Source: an uncultured Anaerolineae bacterium (GTDB lineage Bacteria > Chloroflexota > Anaerolineae > Fen-1058). Taken from it: a DNA stretch of 64,000 nucleotides. The notes under the pieces were generated by a model. The model was not told where the DNA came from, did no database searches, and was given only the letters and a program-made list of their open reading frames with translations. Of this stretch, positions 1 through 9,961 are shown piece after piece (within the stretch, counting starts at the first letter, position 1; the number at the start of each line of letters is the position of its first letter). The translations under genes and the position numbers were made by a program. The stretch spans positions 6,790 through 70,789 of the forward strand of contig CAYNML010000024.1 in NCBI GenBank assembly GCA_964398185.1, given 5' to 3'.

Positions 1-171
1 GAGCGCTTCGATCTGCTCTGCTTCGACCGACGATCCCGACGAGGCCAGCGTGGCGAGATAGCTGTCCAGATAATCACCGGGCGGCGCCTGGATCAAGACG
101 AAGACGATGATCGAAAACAGGAAGAGCAGCACGGGCAGCAAAATCAGCCGTTGGAGCGTGAAGCGCAGCAC
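1..171 (-). CDS. ABC transporter permease (DppB/OppB-like), N-terminal part only; runs off the window edge
   Basis: Manual translation from GTG at 171: MLRFTLQRLILLPVLLFLFSIIVFVLIQAPPGDYLDSY..., a typical family-5 permease N-terminus (hydrophobic helix then PGD). AGGAGG RBS upstream; lies directly downstream of the family-5 SBP. Confidence 0.85.
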   Translation of the reverse strand, partial: MLRFTLQRLILLPVLLFLFSIIVFVLIQAPPGDYLDSYLATLASSGSSVEAEQIEAL

Positions 172-298
172 TGGGTATCCTCCTGTCGATCGATGTCAGA
201 ATGCAGCCACGGCAGACCCGGGCCTCGGGAAGCCGGGCCTACGGACTTGCTGTTGTAGGGGCGAGGCGACCTCGCCCCTACAACTGGCTTACGTGCTG

Positions 299-2344
299 TT
301 ACTGCTTGAAGTACCAGGTTTCGGGCCGGGCATTGCCGGGCGTGCGCAGCGGCCAGTCATTGCCTAGCTGCTGCGGGACGTTCATCAAGTTGTTGTTGAC
401 GACGGCCACACCTTGCACCATGGGCGACAGGCCAATGATGCCGATCTCGTACATCTGCCGGGTCCAGTGATCGTACAGTTCCTTCGCCAGCTTAATCTGC
501 TCTTCGGGGCCAACCGTCTTGGCCTTGTCCATGATGTCCACAATCTTCTGAATCTCCGGCGTCGGCTCCACGCCTTCCTTGCCGCCCGTGGCGTACCACT
601 GGCGCATTAACGGCGCAAAGGCCAGGCCGGGGCTGGTGCGCGGATCGTACTTGGGCGCGCCGGTGAACGGGAAGCCGCCCGTGTCTTCGTTCCAGATTTC
701 GGTCTGGATGTCGTTGCTGTCGCGCATCTGGAAGTGCAGCGCGCGCTCGCGCACCTGCACGATGGTCTTGATGCCGACCTCTTCCCAGTTCTTGCCCACC
801 AGCTGCGCCACATCGGGCCACGGGCCAAAGGCGGGCACCACCGAAATCTCGATCGTCACCGGGATGTCGGTGCCCGGGTACAGGCGGTAGCCTTCGGCGT
901 TCTTCTTGTCCAGCCCGATCGCGTCCAGCATCGAATTGGCCTTGGCCTGATCGAATTCGATGTACCGCTGGGCAACTTCATCGCCCGGATAGTACGGATG
1001 CCACGGCGCGGCCACAGCCTGGCGCGGCTCACCCAGCCCCAGGAAGGCCGATTCCTGAATCTGCCCGCGATCGATCGCGTGGGACATGGCGATGCGGAAG
1101 TCGCGGTTCTGCATCAACTTGGCCAGATTCTCGTCTTTGTTGTAGGTCTGGTTGAACATGATCACGGCGTCGGCGCCGCCGAAGCTGGGCCACGTGATGA
1201 TCTTGTACTTGCCCGCCTGCTCGTTTTCCTTGAGCACCGGGTAATTCATCATGTTGATGTGCCGGTCCTGTTGATCCAGCTCGCCGGCGATGGCGGCCAG
1301 GTTCAACGCCTGCGTATCGGCGAAGAAGGTGAAGCGCACTTCGTCGATGTAGGGCAGTTGATTGCCGGCGGTGTCTACCCCAACATAGTACGGGTTGCGC
1401 TTGATCGAGAAGACCTGATCGCTGATGCGGGTGGCGGGCGTCCAGGCGGCCATGGTGGGCCGCTCGGGGTTTTCAAACGGCGCGTTCTTGCTGGCGAAGA
1501 GCTCGGTCCAGGTCTTGAACTTGGCATCGGCCACCATCTTGTCGATTGCAGCCTGATCGCCGTACTTGGGATGGAACTGCTTCAGGTAATGGGCAGGCAG
1601 GAACGGCGCATAGGTGCGGTCGCCGCCGTCCTTGTTGGCCAGTTCGTACAGGAACAAGGTGTTGGGTTCATTGTACGTAAACTTCACGGCGTAATCGTTG
1701 AGTTTCTCCAGTTTGGCCACCGAACCATCGGCATTCCTCATCCACTTGGGCAGCGACGGCGTGATGTCCGTGTTCAGCAGCACATCGTCGTACCAGAACA
1801 GGATGTCATCGGCCGTCAGCGGCTGCCCGTCTGACCACTTGGCGCCTTCACGCAGGAAGACGGTCCACTCCTTGAAGTCGGCCGAATTCTCCCAGCCCTT
1901 CGCGATCTTGGGCTCGACCTTGGTGCCGTCAGGCGAGAAGCGGACGAGGCCGTCAAATACGACGCGGACATAGTTGTTGTAATCGGACGGGCCGGTGAAA
2001 CCGCGCCGCCACACGCCGCCGTACTGACCCACGCCTTCAGCGCCTTCAACCACCAGCGGTTCCTTGGGGAGGCGCTCGTCAACGGGCGGCAGGCTGCCCG
2101 CTTTCACCTGATCGGCCAGCATGGGGGCTTCGTTGAACTTGGCAGCCGGCGGGGCAGGCGGTTCGGTCGGCTTGACTTCAGCCGGTTTGGGTTCAGCGGG
2201 CTTTTCAGTCGGTTTGACCTCGGCGGGTTTTTGTTCTGCCGGGGCTTGCGTCGCCGGAGCCGGAGTGGGCGGCGGCGTGCAGGCGCCAACGAACAGGGCG
2301 ACAATCACGAGAACGGCAAACAATCGATACAGATTGTGTTTCAT
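299..2344 (-). CDS. ABC transporter substrate-binding lipoprotein, family 5 (peptide/nickel fold, probably oligosaccharide-binding)
   Basis: Lipobox FVGAC, Pro/Ala/Glu/Lys linker, LPPVDERLP, LREGAKWSDGQPLTADD and RNPYY..D..GNQLPYID motifs. Confidence 0.92.
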   Translation of the reverse strand: MKHNLYRLFAVLVIVALFVGACTPPPTPAPATQAPAEQKPAEVKPTEKPAEPKPAEVKPTEPPAPPAAKFNEAPMLADQVKAGSLPPVDERLPKEPLVVEGAEGVGQYGGVWRRGFTGPSDYNNYVRVVFDGLVRFSPDGTKVEPKIAKGWENSADFKEWTVFLREGAKWSDGQPLTADDILFWYDDVLLNTDITPSLPKWMRNADGSVAKLEKLNDYAVKFTYNEPNTLFLYELANKDGGDRTYAPFLPAHYLKQFHPKYGDQAAIDKMVADAKFKTWTELFASKNAPFENPERPTMAAWTPATRISDQVFSIKRNPYYVGVDTAGNQLPYIDEVRFTFFADTQALNLAAIAGELDQQDRHINMMNYPVLKENEQAGKYKIITWPSFGGADAVIMFNQTYNKDENLAKLMQNRDFRIAMSHAIDRGQIQESAFLGLGEPRQAVAAPWHPYYPGDEVAQRYIEFDQAKANSMLDAIGLDKKNAEGYRLYPGTDIPVTIEISVVPAFGPWPDVAQLVGKNWEEVGIKTIVQVRERALHFQMRDSNDIQTEIWNEDTGGFPFTGAPKYDPRTSPGLAFAPLMRQWYATGGKEGVEPTPEIQKIVDIMDKAKTVGPEEQIKLAKELYDHWTRQMYEIGIIGLSPMVQGVAVVNNNLMNVPQQLGNDWPLRTPGNARPETWYFKQ

Positions 2345-2463
2345 CTCAGCGCTCCTTGTTGTGACATGGGTTCAAGCGATCGGGTCGATTCACTCGATGG
2401 GCGAACATCAACAAAACGATCGGGCGGTGGCGGCCTCCTTTCTCCTCTTTGTTTTTTCAGCGC

Positions 2464-2895
2464 TCAAGTTGTCAGCTTCACTTGCTGGATATCCCAACCA
2501 AAGCGATCGCACAGGGTCTTCACATGGCTGTCCCACGTAGGTTCGGCTGCCGGTTTCTCGCCGACGAAGGCATCGACGCTTAAGTAACGCAGCGTAGTGG
2601 CTCCCTCGCACTGGATGGAATGCAAGGTGTGCGGCGGAATGCGCACCACATCGCCGGGCTTCACGCTGAACGTCTGCGCCGGATCGCCGATGGTCAACGT
2701 GCCCGCGCCGGTCATGATGTAGAAGATCTGCTCGACGTCGTCGTGTTGATGCAGCGGCGGCGCTTCATCCGGTTCCAGCACGACGATGAAGACCTCCGTC
2801 GTCGTTGCCTCCGCCCGATCGAGCACCAGATCATTCACGTGCGTCGGATAGCGATAGCGAATGGTGTCGGTGGTGCTGAAGACGTAACGGGTCAT
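2464..2895 (-). CDS. Cupin-domain protein
   Basis: Cupin motifs PLHQHDDVEQIFYIMTG and PGDVVRIPPHTLH. Confidence 0.85.
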   Translation of the reverse strand: MTRYVFSTTDTIRYRYPTHVNDLVLDRAEATTTEVFIVVLEPDEAPPLHQHDDVEQIFYIMTGAGTLTIGDPAQTFSVKPGDVVRIPPHTLHSIQCEGATTLRYLSVDAFVGEKPAAEPTWDSHVKTLCDRFGWDIQQVKLTT

Positions 2896-2911
2896 TGGCT
2901 CTCCGGTCGCT

Positions 2912-3034
2912 CGTCATTGCGAGCGTTTTTTGCGAAGCAATCTCAATTCCAGTCGACGGGAGATTGCTTCGTCGCACGCCCTATCCGCGCTTTGCGCGGG
3001 GGCGCGCATGGCGACAGCGCTCCTCGCAATGACG
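2912..3034. repeat. Palindromic REP/RPE-like element (CGTCATTGCGAG...GAAGCAATCTC...GAGATTGCTTCG...CTCGCAATGACG)
   Basis: Nested inverted repeats read directly. Three more copies lie inside addA and addB. Confidence 0.85.
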
Positions 3035-4054
3035 CTAAAATCGCGAAATCGCCCCTACCAACGCATCGATCATTTGCGGCGGCGTATCCGGGCTGACGCC
3101 TCCGCCTGCCGATAGGATCAACCCGCGCCCCCCGGTTTTCTCAATACACGATCGGGCCCAGCTGCTCACCTGATCCGGTGTGCCGCGCACCAGCACGTCG
3201 AGCGGCGGCACGTTGCCCATCAAGACGATGCCGGGCATCTGCGCCTGCACTTCGGCGATGTCGGTGGTGTGGCTGAAATTGAAAACGTCAAAGCCGAGAG
3301 ATGCCATCGGCTGCAATAGGTGCGGACAAGGCGTATCGTTGTGATAGACCTTGATCAGGCCGTCGAACGCGGCGAACAGGCGCGTTATCAACGGTCGCGC
3401 ATATTGCTCGAACAACTTCGGCGACAACATCCCCACGATGTCGTCCAGCACGAGTACACCTTCGGGCGCGCGCAGCACGTCGAGTTGGGCGCGCAGCCAG
3501 CGGATGATGGTGGTGGTCAACGTGTCGAGCAAACGCTGCGCGGCTTCCGGTTCTTTCTTCATGGCGATCAGCAAGTCGGTGATGCCCAGCAGCCAGCCTG
3601 CCACGGCGAACGGTCCGCGTGCGGCGACCATTTTGATCGACTCGCCTTCTGGCAGCAAGCGTTTCTCGGCGTCGAGATAGCGCTGCAAGACCAGCGGCAT
3701 CAGGCCGTGCTGCTGCGGATCGGGCGGCTCAATGTCGGCCAGCACTTTCAGCCCGCCGCGCACCGGCTCGATCGACGGCGGTTGATCGCGATGCCACATG
3801 ATGCGCGCGCCAAACGCCGATGGCTCCGCTGCCATGCCGTATTCGATCCAATAACCGGGAATCCAGGCCACTTCCGGAAAGCGCGCGTTCAAGCCCAGAT
3901 AGATACGCAGCCATTCATCTTCGCGCAAAAAGAAATCGAGCGTGTTGATGCCGGCATAGCCGGGCAGCCACGGGCTATCGACGATGAGCGCCACGGGGAT
4001 CCGATCGGCTTGTCCGCCCCGCGCGACGGTGGCAAAGCGTTCCCAGGGATTCAT
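3035..4054 (-). CDS. Uroporphyrinogen decarboxylase / MtaA-CmuA superfamily protein, divergent active site
   Basis: C-terminal LMGNVPPLDVLVRGTPDQV...ILSAGGGVSPDTP and central D(D)IVGMLSPKLFEQY patterns of the URO-D TIM-barrel family. Confidence 0.8.
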   Translation of the reverse strand: MNPWERFATVARGGQADRIPVALIVDSPWLPGYAGINTLDFFLREDEWLRIYLGLNARFPEVAWIPGYWIEYGMAAEPSAFGARIMWHRDQPPSIEPVRGGLKVLADIEPPDPQQHGLMPLVLQRYLDAEKRLLPEGESIKMVAARGPFAVAGWLLGITDLLIAMKKEPEAAQRLLDTLTTTIIRWLRAQLDVLRAPEGVLVLDDIVGMLSPKLFEQYARPLITRLFAAFDGLIKVYHNDTPCPHLLQPMASLGFDVFNFSHTTDIAEVQAQMPGIVLMGNVPPLDVLVRGTPDQVSSWARSCIEKTGGRGLILSAGGGVSPDTPPQMIDALVGAISRF

Positions 4055-5109
4055 GCGTGTGATCCGTTCGAGTTGTTCGCTGGAGCCGGGCCGGTCGATT
4101 CGCGCACAATGAGCGGGCTTTCCATCAAGGTGTAACCGTCTTCGGGCGGCGGCTGGCCCTTGATCATTTGCCGCAGGATGCGCATCGCCACACGGCCCAT
4201 GCGATACTTGGGCTGCGCGATGGTGGTCAACGGCGGATTGGTGTGCGCGGCCATCGAGATGTCGTCGATGCCGATGACCGAGATGTCTTCGGGCACGTGC
4301 AGGCGGTGCGTGCGAATGGCGTGCAGCGCACCCAGCGCCATGAGATCGTTGTAAGCCACCACGGCAGTCGGACGCTCAGCGGCCGGCAGCGCGAGCAGTG
4401 CGCTCATCGCCTGAAAGCCGCCATCGACACCAGGGAAACTCACCGGGCACAGTTCCGGCGGGAAGTGCAGACCTGCTTCCGACAACGCCCGCTCAACACC
4501 GCGCCGCCGGGCCAGCGATGCTTCCGATTGCGACGGGCCAGCCAGATACGCGATGCGCGTATGGTTCAAACTGAGCAAATGGCACGTGGCGCGATACGTG
4601 GCAATTTCAAAATCGACCATCAAACAGGCGACGTGGGGAAAGCGTACCGGGCGATTGAGCACCACCATCGGTATCTTCTGGTGGCTGATCGCCGCCGCCA
4701 GTTCCTCGGCCGCAATGCGCGATCCGCCGACGATGACGCCGCACACGGGCTGCGTCGCCAGCAGGCGAAAATATTGCTTCTCGCGCTGCAAGTCTTCCGC
4801 GGTGTCCAGCAACAGCGGCATGTACTCGTCGGCGCTTTCGTCCTGCACGCCGCGCACGATCTCGGCAAAGAACGGATTGAGAATATCGGGGATCAACAGG
4901 GCAATGGAACTGATCGGCTGGGCTTTCACCGAGCGGTGCGGCACGTGCCGGTAGCCCAGCTCTTCGGAAGCGCGCATGACTTGCTTACGCACATCTTCGC
5001 TGACAGGGGCGGTATTGTTCAGCACGCGCGAGACGGTGGAAGGAGAAACACCGGCTCGTCGTGCCACTTCAACGAGACTGGGGTGAGCCTGCTTGATGCT
5101 CATAGTCAC
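4051..5109 (-). CDS. LacI-family transcriptional regulator
   Basis: SLVEVARRAGVSPSTVSRVLN HTH; AYNDLMALGA and VPEDISVIGIDD...PPLTTI sugar-binding domain motifs. Confidence 0.95.
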   Translation of the reverse strand: MTMSIKQAHPSLVEVARRAGVSPSTVSRVLNNTAPVSEDVRKQVMRASEELGYRHVPHRSVKAQPISSIALLIPDILNPFFAEIVRGVQDESADEYMPLLLDTAEDLQREKQYFRLLATQPVCGVIVGGSRIAAEELAAAISHQKIPMVVLNRPVRFPHVACLMVDFEIATYRATCHLLSLNHTRIAYLAGPSQSEASLARRRGVERALSEAGLHFPPELCPVSFPGVDGGFQAMSALLALPAAERPTAVVAYNDLMALGALHAIRTHRLHVPEDISVIGIDDISMAAHTNPPLTTIAQPKYRMGRVAMRILRQMIKGQPPPEDGYTLMESPLIVRESTGPAPANNSNGSHA

Positions 5110-5205
5110 GTCTTTCTGGCGGTCTTACTGAAATTTGCGTAAGTTTTCATGAAACAGTATACTTACTTTCAGAAAAAAGTCAATAACTTTGTGATGGATG
5201 TCACT

Positions 5206-6222
5206 ATGAAGAGGTTACACTTCGGGATTGTAGGGGTAGGGAACATCGCGCCGCTCCATGCGCTGGCGATTCAGGCGCTGCCGGAAGCCGAGTTGGTGGC
5301 AGTGGCGACTCAGAATGCCGAGCGTGGGCAGGCGTTTGTGGAGAAATTCGGCGGCCAGTGGCATGCCGATTATGCTGAGCTGCTCCAACGGCCCGATGTG
5401 GATGTCGTGACGATCTGCACGCCGCACGATCTCCACGCCCCGATGACGATCGCCGCGGCGCAGGCAGGCAAGCACGTGCTGTGCGAGAAGCCCCTGGCGC
5501 GCACCACCGCCGAGTGTGAGGCGATGATCGCGGCCTGCGAACGGGCTGGGGTGACGCTGGGCGTGGTCTTTCAATCACGTTTCGAGCCACTGTCGCTGCA
5601 CCTCAAACGCTTGATTGATGAGGGAACATTGGGCCGCATCGTATGGAACAGCGCCAACACGATCTGGTATCGCAGTGACGACTACTATCGCAGCGGGCCG
5701 TGGCGCGGCACGTGGGAGCATGAAGGCGGCGGCGTGCTGATCAATCAAGCCATTCACGCCATCGATCTGCTGCTGTGGTTGACAGGGATGCCCGATCGGG
5801 TTACGGCACAAACGCGGACGCTAAATCATTCCATCGAAGTGGAAGACGGAGCAATCGCTACTTTAGAATATGCCGACAATCGGTTGGGCTTGATTCAAGC
5901 GACGACGGCAGCGTATCCCGGTTATGCCGAACGGCTGGAAGTGTACGGCACGCGCGGCAGCGCGATCTATCACAAGGGCGAAGGGCGGCTGGAATGGCAT
6001 CTGCTCGATCCGCGCGAGGATCACGTGCTGGAGGCCAACATCAGCAGCGGCGCGGCTAACCCCATGGACATTAGCACGGCGGGGCATGTCGCCGTGTTTC
6101 AAGATTTTGCAGAAGCGGTGCGCGAGGGACGCCGACCCGCGATCGATGGAACAGAAGGCCGCCGTAGTGTTGCGGTGGTGGAGGCGATCTATCGAGCGGC
6201 GCGCGCCAGAGATCAATCCTGA
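5206..6222 (+). CDS. Gfo/Idh/MocA family NAD(P)-dependent oxidoreductase
   Basis: GIVGVGNIA Rossmann motif, HVLCEKPLA, GGGVLINQAIHAID. Start moved from 5149 to the ATG at 5206, just before the Rossmann strand. Confidence 0.92.
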   Translation: MKRLHFGIVGVGNIAPLHALAIQALPEAELVAVATQNAERGQAFVEKFGGQWHADYAELLQRPDVDVVTICTPHDLHAPMTIAAAQAGKHVLCEKPLARTTAECEAMIAACERAGVTLGVVFQSRFEPLSLHLKRLIDEGTLGRIVWNSANTIWYRSDDYYRSGPWRGTWEHEGGGVLINQAIHAIDLLLWLTGMPDRVTAQTRTLNHSIEVEDGAIATLEYADNRLGLIQATTAAYPGYAERLEVYGTRGSAIYHKGEGRLEWHLLDPREDHVLEANISSGAANPMDISTAGHVAVFQDFAEAVREGRRPAIDGTEGRRSVAVVEAIYRAARARDQS

Positions 6223-6279
6223 TCGGCCTCCGGGTGAACGGCTGTTGCTCAAACGCAGCACTGAAGGTATCATGATTGC

Positions 6280-9200
6280 GTGCTCAATCCTGTTCAGGCA
6301 GATTTGGTTGTGACGGACACTCCCTCTTCTCCGGCGCGGCAGCGCACCACCATTGGGTTCTTAACTGCCAACATCCATCTTGGATCGGGCCGCGCCCTGT
6401 GGCCCGGCGTGGCCGACGCCGCCGAGCAGCACGACTTGAACTACATCTGCTTCCCAGGCGGCGGGCTGCGCGTAAGCGAAGGGTTTGAAGCCCAGCGCAA
6501 CGTCATTTACGATCTGATCGATCCGCAGCGGCTCGACGGGTTGATCACGTGGTCGTCGGCCATCGGCGGGGCGCTCGCTCCCACCGAAGTCGCCGAGTTC
6601 CATCAGCGCTATCAGCCGCTGCCCATGATCAGTCTCGCGCAGATCGTCGAGGGTGTGCCCACTGTGGCGATCGATAGTTACACCGGAATGCGCGAAGCGG
6701 TGGTGCATTTGATCGAAGTGCACGGCTTCCGCAAACTGGCCTTCATGCGCGGCCCGGCCAATCACTTCTTTGCGCAAGAGCGCTATCGCGCTTACACCGA
6801 CGTTCTGAAAGAATATGGCATCCCCTTTGTGCCGGAGCTGGTGACGCAGCCGTTGACGTGGGGCGAGGGCACGGAGGCGGCGCTGCTGTTACTGGACGAA
6901 GCTCACCTGCGGCCCGGTATTGATTTTGAAGCAGTGGTGGCCGTGAGCGATCTGATGGCGTTGAGTGCGATGCGCGTCTTCCAGGCGCGCGGCATTCACA
7001 TCCCGCACGATGTGGCCTTTGTGGGCTTTAACGATTCGCTGGAAGGACGCCTCGTCACGCCGCCCTTGACTTCGGTGGTGATGCCGTTCTACGAACAGAG
7101 CAGGCGCGCCGTGGCCGAACTGCTGATGCGCTTGTCCGGCGCCCCCCTGCCCGATCAGGTCACGCTGCCCTCGCAGCTGATCGTGCGCCAGTCGTGCGGC
7201 TGCCCGTCAGACGCGGTGGTGCAGGCGGCGCTGGGATCCTTCACGCCGAGCGCCGCTAATTTCGCGCAGGCCAGCGCGCCGCTCAAGACGAGATTCATGG
7301 CCGGATTGGCGCAGCCCGATCAGGCGGCGCGCGCCGCGAAACTTTTCGACGCCTTACAGGCCGACTTACTCGCCGGGCCGCCGCAGCGTTTCCTCACGGA
7401 ACTCGCCGCCGTGCTGGAAGAGGCGGCACGGCATGGCACGGATGTGTCAGACTGGCAGGACGCGATCTCACTGCTGCGCCGCTGCGTGCTGCCGGCGTTG
7501 AATCCCGCGCAGCACGCTCGGGCTGAGGACCTCTTCGGGCAGGCGCGTGTTTTGATCGGGGAAGCGGCCCAGCGCACGCAGGCCTATCGCCAATTGCAGG
7601 CGGAGCGACAGGCCGACATGCTGCGCGACATTGGACAGGCGCTGATTACGGCGTTCAACGTCGAGAAGCTTGCCGATGTACTGGCCGAGCGTCTGCCCGC
7701 GTTGGGCATCGCCAGCGGCTATGTGGCGCTGTACGAGAACCCGGCGTTGTCGTTGGAGCGCGCGCGCCTGGTGTTGGCTTACACCGAGCAAGGGCGCGTG
7801 CTGCTGGAGCCGGGCGGGCGATCATTCACGGCGCGCGAATTGGCCCCGGCGGACGTGCTGCCCGCCGAGCGGCGGTACAGCTTCATGCTGGAACCACTGT
7901 ATTTCCGGGAAGAACAGATCGGCTTCGCCCTGTTCGAGATCGGCCCGCGCGACAGCGACATCTACGAAGTGCTGCGCGGCCACATCAGCAGCGCGCTCAA
8001 AGGCGCCTTGCTGTTTCAAGAAGCGCTGCAGGCGCGCCTCGTCGCCGAGAAAGCCGATCAGATCAAAACGCGCCTGTTGACCAATGTCAGCCACGAACTG
8101 CGCACGCCGCTGAACATCATTCTGGGCTATACGCGCAATGCGCTGCTGGCCTCGCAGCCCGACGGCTTGCTGCTGCCCCCCGCCGTGCTGAACGATCTGC
8201 GCCACATTCACAACAGCGCCGAGCACCAGCTGCGCGTCATCAACGACCTGCTCGATCTGTCGCGCGCGGAGATCGACGAGCTCGATCTCTATCTGGAACT
8301 GATCGATCCCCGCCCGCTGCTGGCAGAGGCCTTCCACAGTCTGGCCGATGTGGCCGATCCGGCGCGCGGGATTGCGTGGAAGTTGCAGCTGCCCGATCGG
8401 CTGCCGTGGCTCAACGCCGACGCCGTGCGGCTGCGGCAGACGCTGCTCAACCTGCTGAGCAACGCGCGCAAGTTCACCGCGCGCGGCTCCATCACGCTGG
8501 GCGCCGATGTTGCGCCGCCGTATCTGCACATCTGGGTGGCTGACACCGGCGTCGGCATTGCGAGCGATCAGCTGGACCACATCTTCGAGCCGTTCATCAC
8601 GGCCGAGCACGATCGGCAGGCGGGCGTCCCCCCTCTGGTGGGCGGCATTGGGCTGGGGTTAACCATCACGCGCCATCTGGTGATCCTGCACGGCGGCTCG
8701 ATCAGCGTGGAGAGCGAGCCAGGACGCGGCAGCACGTTCCACGTGTATCTGCCGCTGCCGCACTTGAACGATCAGGCCGCTCCCTCAGCCGCGACAGGGC
8801 ATCCCGTGTTGCTGTTGATCTCGAAAGCCGCGCAGCCCGCACCGGAGATTGTGAAGTTTGCGCGGCAGCAGCACCTGACGATCAAGCGTCTGCACACCGC
8901 CGATGACGTAGAAGCCGTGCTGGCCATCTGCCAGCCGCTGACGGTAGCCTGGGATCTGGTCGACGCCAATCCCAGCGATTGGAACATCGTGCGGCGGCTG
9001 CGCAATCATCCGCGCCTGTCACAGACACCCTTCCTGTTGTATGGCCAGGCGCCGTCGGCGGAAGCCGGCGAAGCGGCGTTGACGATCGGGTTGACGAGTT
9101 TCGTGGGCAAACCGGCGGCCGATCAATCACTGCTCAACGCGCTGCACGCGGCCAGCGCGATCCCGTCGTCTGGCCCGCTGCTGATCGTGGATGATGATCA

Positions 9201-9888
9201 GCAGGCGTGCGCGGCTTATCAAGCCCTGCTGGCGCGCCAGCTGCCGGCGTATGTGGTGCAGACGGCCAACGACGGCGCCAGCGCGCTGGAGATGATGGCG
9301 CATGAAGCGCCGAGCCTCGTGATCCTCGATCTGGTGATGCCGGGGCTGGGCGGGGCGGAGGTGCTCGATCGGATGCGCGCCGATCCGCGTCTGCGGCAAG
9401 TGCCGGTGATAATCCTCAGCAGCAAGCTGTTGACGCTGGACGATGTGAAGCGCATCGAACGACATGCGCGCGTGACGCTGCACAGCAAAGGGGTGCTGTC
9501 GGAAGAGGAAACCAGCGCGGCCCTGAACCGGGCGCTGTTCGGCGCAGAAGCACTGCCGCCGCACACCAGCGCGCTGGTGAAACGAGCCCTGGCGTATTTC
9601 CATCAAAACTATGCGCGGCCGCTGGCCCGCTGGGAAATCGCCGAAGCGGTGGGCGTCAGCGAAGACTATCTGTCGCGCGTGTTCAACCGCGAATTGGGCT
9701 TGTCGCCGTGGGATTATCTCACGCGCTATCGCATTCAACGCGCCAAAGACCTGCTGCACCGCACCAACGACAGCATCCGCGCGATCGCCCATCAGGTCGG
9801 CTTCAAGGATCAGGCGTATTTCAGCCGGGTCTTCCGCAAGCAGACCGGCTTGGCGCCGAATGAATTTCGAGGGACACCGGGAACGTAA
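6280..9888 (+). CDS. Soluble hybrid sensor-regulator: LacI-type sugar-binding domain + GAF-like + HisKA + HATPase + degenerate REC + REC + AraC HTH
   Basis: VAFVGFNDS..PPLTSV (LacI sensor); SHELRTPLN (His at 8092); N, G1, F and G2 boxes; IVDDD...LDLVMP REC (Asp at 9328); C-terminal EIAEAVGVSEDYLSRVF...IAHQVGFKDQAYFSRVFRK. No transmembrane helix visible. Confidence 0.9.
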   Translation: MLNPVQADLVVTDTPSSPARQRTTIGFLTANIHLGSGRALWPGVADAAEQHDLNYICFPGGGLRVSEGFEAQRNVIYDLIDPQRLDGLITWSSAIGGALAPTEVAEFHQRYQPLPMISLAQIVEGVPTVAIDSYTGMREAVVHLIEVHGFRKLAFMRGPANHFFAQERYRAYTDVLKEYGIPFVPELVTQPLTWGEGTEAALLLLDEAHLRPGIDFEAVVAVSDLMALSAMRVFQARGIHIPHDVAFVGFNDSLEGRLVTPPLTSVVMPFYEQSRRAVAELLMRLSGAPLPDQVTLPSQLIVRQSCGCPSDAVVQAALGSFTPSAANFAQASAPLKTRFMAGLAQPDQAARAAKLFDALQADLLAGPPQRFLTELAAVLEEAARHGTDVSDWQDAISLLRRCVLPALNPAQHARAEDLFGQARVLIGEAAQRTQAYRQLQAERQADMLRDIGQALITAFNVEKLADVLAERLPALGIASGYVALYENPALSLERARLVLAYTEQGRVLLEPGGRSFTARELAPADVLPAERRYSFMLEPLYFREEQIGFALFEIGPRDSDIYEVLRGHISSALKGALLFQEALQARLVAEKADQIKTRLLTNVSHELRTPLNIILGYTRNALLASQPDGLLLPPAVLNDLRHIHNSAEHQLRVINDLLDLSRAEIDELDLYLELIDPRPLLAEAFHSLADVADPARGIAWKLQLPDRLPWLNADAVRLRQTLLNLLSNARKFTARGSITLGADVAPPYLHIWVADTGVGIASDQLDHIFEPFITAEHDRQAGVPPLVGGIGLGLTITRHLVILHGGSISVESEPGRGSTFHVYLPLPHLNDQAAPSAATGHPVLLLISKAAQPAPEIVKFARQQHLTIKRLHTADDVEAVLAICQPLTVAWDLVDANPSDWNIVRRLRNHPRLSQTPFLLYGQAPSAEAGEAALTIGLTSFVGKPAADQSLLNALHAASAIPSSGPLLIVDDDQQACAAYQALLARQLPAYVVQTANDGASALEMMAHEAPSLVILDLVMPGLGGAEVLDRMRADPRLRQVPVIILSSKLLTLDDVKRIERHARVTLHSKGVLSEEETSAALNRALFGAEALPPHTSALVKRALAYFHQNYARPLARWEIAEAVGVSEDYLSRVFNRELGLSPWDYLTRYRIQRAKDLLHRTNDSIRAIAHQVGFKDQAYFSRVFRKQTGLAPNEFRGTPGT

Positions 9889-9920
9889 GTTGATTCGTCG
9901 AGGGTGAACCTGCCTACACA

Positions 9921-9961
9921 AAACACGGAGCGCAGCGTGCTGCGCTCCGTGTTTATATTTT
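9921..9961 (+). terminator. Intrinsic terminator after the hybrid regulator
   Basis: Perfect 16-bp stem AAACACGGAGCGCAGC / GCTGCGCTCCGTGTTT followed by ATATTTT. Confidence 0.7.

Noticed and set aside
734-1834. 366-aa plus-strand ORF, and similar long ORFs (9127-9921, 18712-19776, 20804-22012, 23534-25093, 38380-39780, 39814-41046, 41050-42261, 42370-43581)
   Set aside because: Antisense or alternate-frame shadows of well-supported GC-rich genes, with no recognisable motifs.
2121-2290. Pro/Ala/Glu/Lys low-complexity repeats in the SBP (also at 12260-12400)
   Set aside because: Ordinary flexible linkers after a lipoprotein anchor.
5140-5185. TTTCATGAAA palindrome and TGAAA...TTTCA arms in the lacI / oxidoreductase divergent region as a LacI operator
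   Set aside because: Lacks the central CG of the typical TGxAAxCGxTTxCA operator, and no second copy was found; too weak to call.
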